Shown here: piece by piece, positions 61,825-64,000 of the stretch
Position numbering within the stretch: position 1 is the first letter of the stretch
Layout of the letters: every line of letters starts with the position of its first letter
Assembly: GCA_965644295.1 (NCBI GenBank)
Contig: CBFFRP010000324.1
Location: 124,001 to 188,000 of the forward strand
DNA from: Paraphysomonas bandaiensis
Taxonomy: Eukaryota; Protista; Chrysophyceae
DNA: 64,000 bases
Direction of reading: 5' to 3'
Notes under the pieces: generated by a model
Databases searched by the model: none
Told to the model about the DNA's origin: nothing
What the model saw: only the letters and a program-made list of their open reading frames with translations
Position numbers and translations under genes: made by a program

Positions 61825-63558
61825 TTGATCAATTGAACAGTGCAGTAGAAAGGAATTATCGGACCGAATCTATTCAGATATCTGCGTGAATGTATGTATA
61901 GGCTGCATTATCATGCCATGCCTGATCTGCTGCGCTCCTTTTCCATCCTAAAATCCCCGATAAATGCATCTCTTAAGTTTTTTCGCGCTATATATCCGGG
62001 ATTTTAAAGTTATGTATATGGTATATTCTATATATGAAAGTACAGTATAGAGCAGTACACAATTGTGTAACAACAACAATACTTCATAGCCAGTCAATAT
62101 GTGTTAGCTATGTATGATTGGCCTAAAAATCTACACTACATATCCACATGCTGCTACTGTGCACACGAAGAGGTGAAGCTAATGCAGGCCTGGTCAGTGT
62201 CGAAGTGCTATTTATTCCACACTTTTTGCTTTCGTTGACTGATGTTAAGCATGCGACTACATTCAGACGACTATAATTATATACTGCTCTTTGTAGCGCC
62301 TGATTCCACGACACTCTAACTCTTATATGGTTGTAGTGTATATACCACAATCATATCCTCGTTTGAATGGAATGATGTCATCAGTACCCGAGTATCAATT
62401 GAAGAAACCTTTAGACACGTATATGCTGATGAATAACTTCCTTTTGTTAATGGTTTACATAGAATTTTGTTAGCTGTGGAGTTGGTATATTCGGGATCCA
62501 CTTCCTAGAAATCATGTTCCAAGAGAAATCCAGCGGAGGGGGTAGGGGTACTGCGACGGATTCTTAAAATAGAAGTCGAAAATTACTTGTTTTAGTAGTC
62601 GTTTACATACTGTACGGACACAAATATGACGATCGTCCAAATTAAGGCTCCTGATCTTTACCACGAAACCCTCCTGACATCTCCACAGCACTCTACGCTG
62701 TGCTTAAAATATTGTTATAATCACTATACTAATGAATGCGTAAATACTGATATCCCTGCAAATTATGTCGGAATTCACTAGAAAGACCTACCGGCGTCTG
62801 TATCATCAATTCTATTTCACCACACTTGCATGTTACTTTTTCACTATTTCACATACAACGAGAGCCCCACTCCATATCCATAAAATTTCTCAACGACTAC
62901 GTAATGTTCATCACACCCATGGAACTTTTAAAGGTCTATACTAATTTGAAGTTAAACGTCAAGTGTTAGTATAAACGTATAAACTTCTTGTGTAGCTATG
63001 ATGTTTACATACATGTGAACGAGTGATATATGCATTGCTTATTGGGCATGGTTGGATTTTTTAAAGAGCAAATAACACTGAAGAGAGTAGAGGTCATTGA
63101 CACTGTAGAAATGAGTTGGTAGTTGCTTAGCCAATAGCCAGGTCATCTTACAACTGCTGAATGCTCCCATAGAGCCTAAACTCGATTCGTGAGTGCAATA
63201 ACATATTATACTGTCACAGAAATACAACAGCATATAGACTGTACACGAGCGCAGTTACCCAACATCTGCTGATTAGTATAATTACAACCACTTCTTCAAT
63301 TTCAGAACGAGTTGTAGCAAAGTACATCATATGCTTCGAATCAACTTCATAATGTTGGATCGAAATATAGTACCAGAGGACAATGCATAAAAAGAATAGG
63401 GAATAACAATTTAATTCGATATTTACGAGTACACGAGTAATAATGAATGTAGAAGTAGTGCAAACCACACCACTGGAACGAATAATTCGTAACACTAATA
63501 CGACGAGGTGCAATACGAAAGCGACAACTGATAAGTGGTACTATAATACTAAGTGTCA

Positions 63559-63863
63559 TTATTCAAACTCCTGCAAAGTCTTAGTTGCTACCGTGACCAT
63601 ATCAAAAAAAGACGATAATGCTACTCGAAGAATTTTGACATCCGCTGCATAGAATTTTCTGAGTGAAAACCAAATTAAGAATACTCTACTTTCGTTCATT
63701 CAACTTACATTACTAATAGTGAGTCAGATATTATCAGCTCTTTACTGACTCGTTCAGGTTGTAGTTCATCGTCCACAGATAAACACTGCTGTACCATTCT
63801 CGCATGGGCTTCACTTTTGTATGCAATTTTTAGAGTTGCATTATATTCCCTCTGAGAGTCCAT
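63559..63863 (-). CDS. PCC1: EKC/KEOPS complex subunit Pcc1/LAGE3 (2 exons, intron 63659-63708)
   Basis: Spliced 84-aa product MDSQREYNATLKIAYKSEAHARMVQQCLSVDDELQPERVSKELIISDSLLVIKFYAADVKILRVALSSFFDMVTVATKTLQEFE matches the Pcc1 pattern (A..v...LsVD.El, LRv...SF.d.....tl.eF). Confidence 0.82.
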
Positions 63864-64000
63864 CTAAACGAGATAAAAAGACTTAACTTGCTAGGCCTGA
63901 GGCTAAAAGATGACTGAATGTGGATATATATCGGGTGGAAATGTACAGCAGTGGAGATTGTGAGGGATGTACAATGCATGAGCGTGAGTCCCATGCAATA

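Noticed and set aside
62100-63500. Additional gene between the fructokinase and Pcc1
   Set aside because: Only short, stop-interrupted frames; I could not build a consistent exon chain or find a motif.

Overview
Compact, intron-rich eukaryotic nuclear DNA with many introns of about 45-55 nt and a standard genetic code. The gene and transposon repertoire looks stramenopile/ochrophyte-like, which is an inference. About 17 host genes are supported: a two-pore K+ channel with EF-hand, a C2-domain protein, a TMEM184/OST-alpha protein, an EF-hand protein, an ADP-ribosylglycohydrolase, an FN3 + tRNA-binding OB protein, an ATP-grasp/TauD-like dioxygenase fusion, an amino-acid transporter, a double-AAA ATPase, a DEAH helicase, a PARP-type zinc-finger protein, an LRR protein, a DnaJ, a membrane-anchored subtilisin, an FG-GAP receptor-like protein, an RRM protein, a ROK fructokinase and Pcc1/LAGE3. 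The intergenic spaces hold a varied set of mobile elements: a full-length Copia with identical TA..CA LTRs, a dead Tc1, an intact Pangu-like PIF/Harbinger with an ACT target duplication, three hAT-type MITEs, an unclassified 3-kb foldback element with 1.1-kb arms, a 26 x 20-bp minisatellite beside a decayed Harbinger, and a structured dispersed repeat family. The best candidates for something undescribed are the ATP-grasp ligase/Fe-2OG oxygenase fusion, the foldback element, the structured repeat family and a recurrent palindromic promoter motif.
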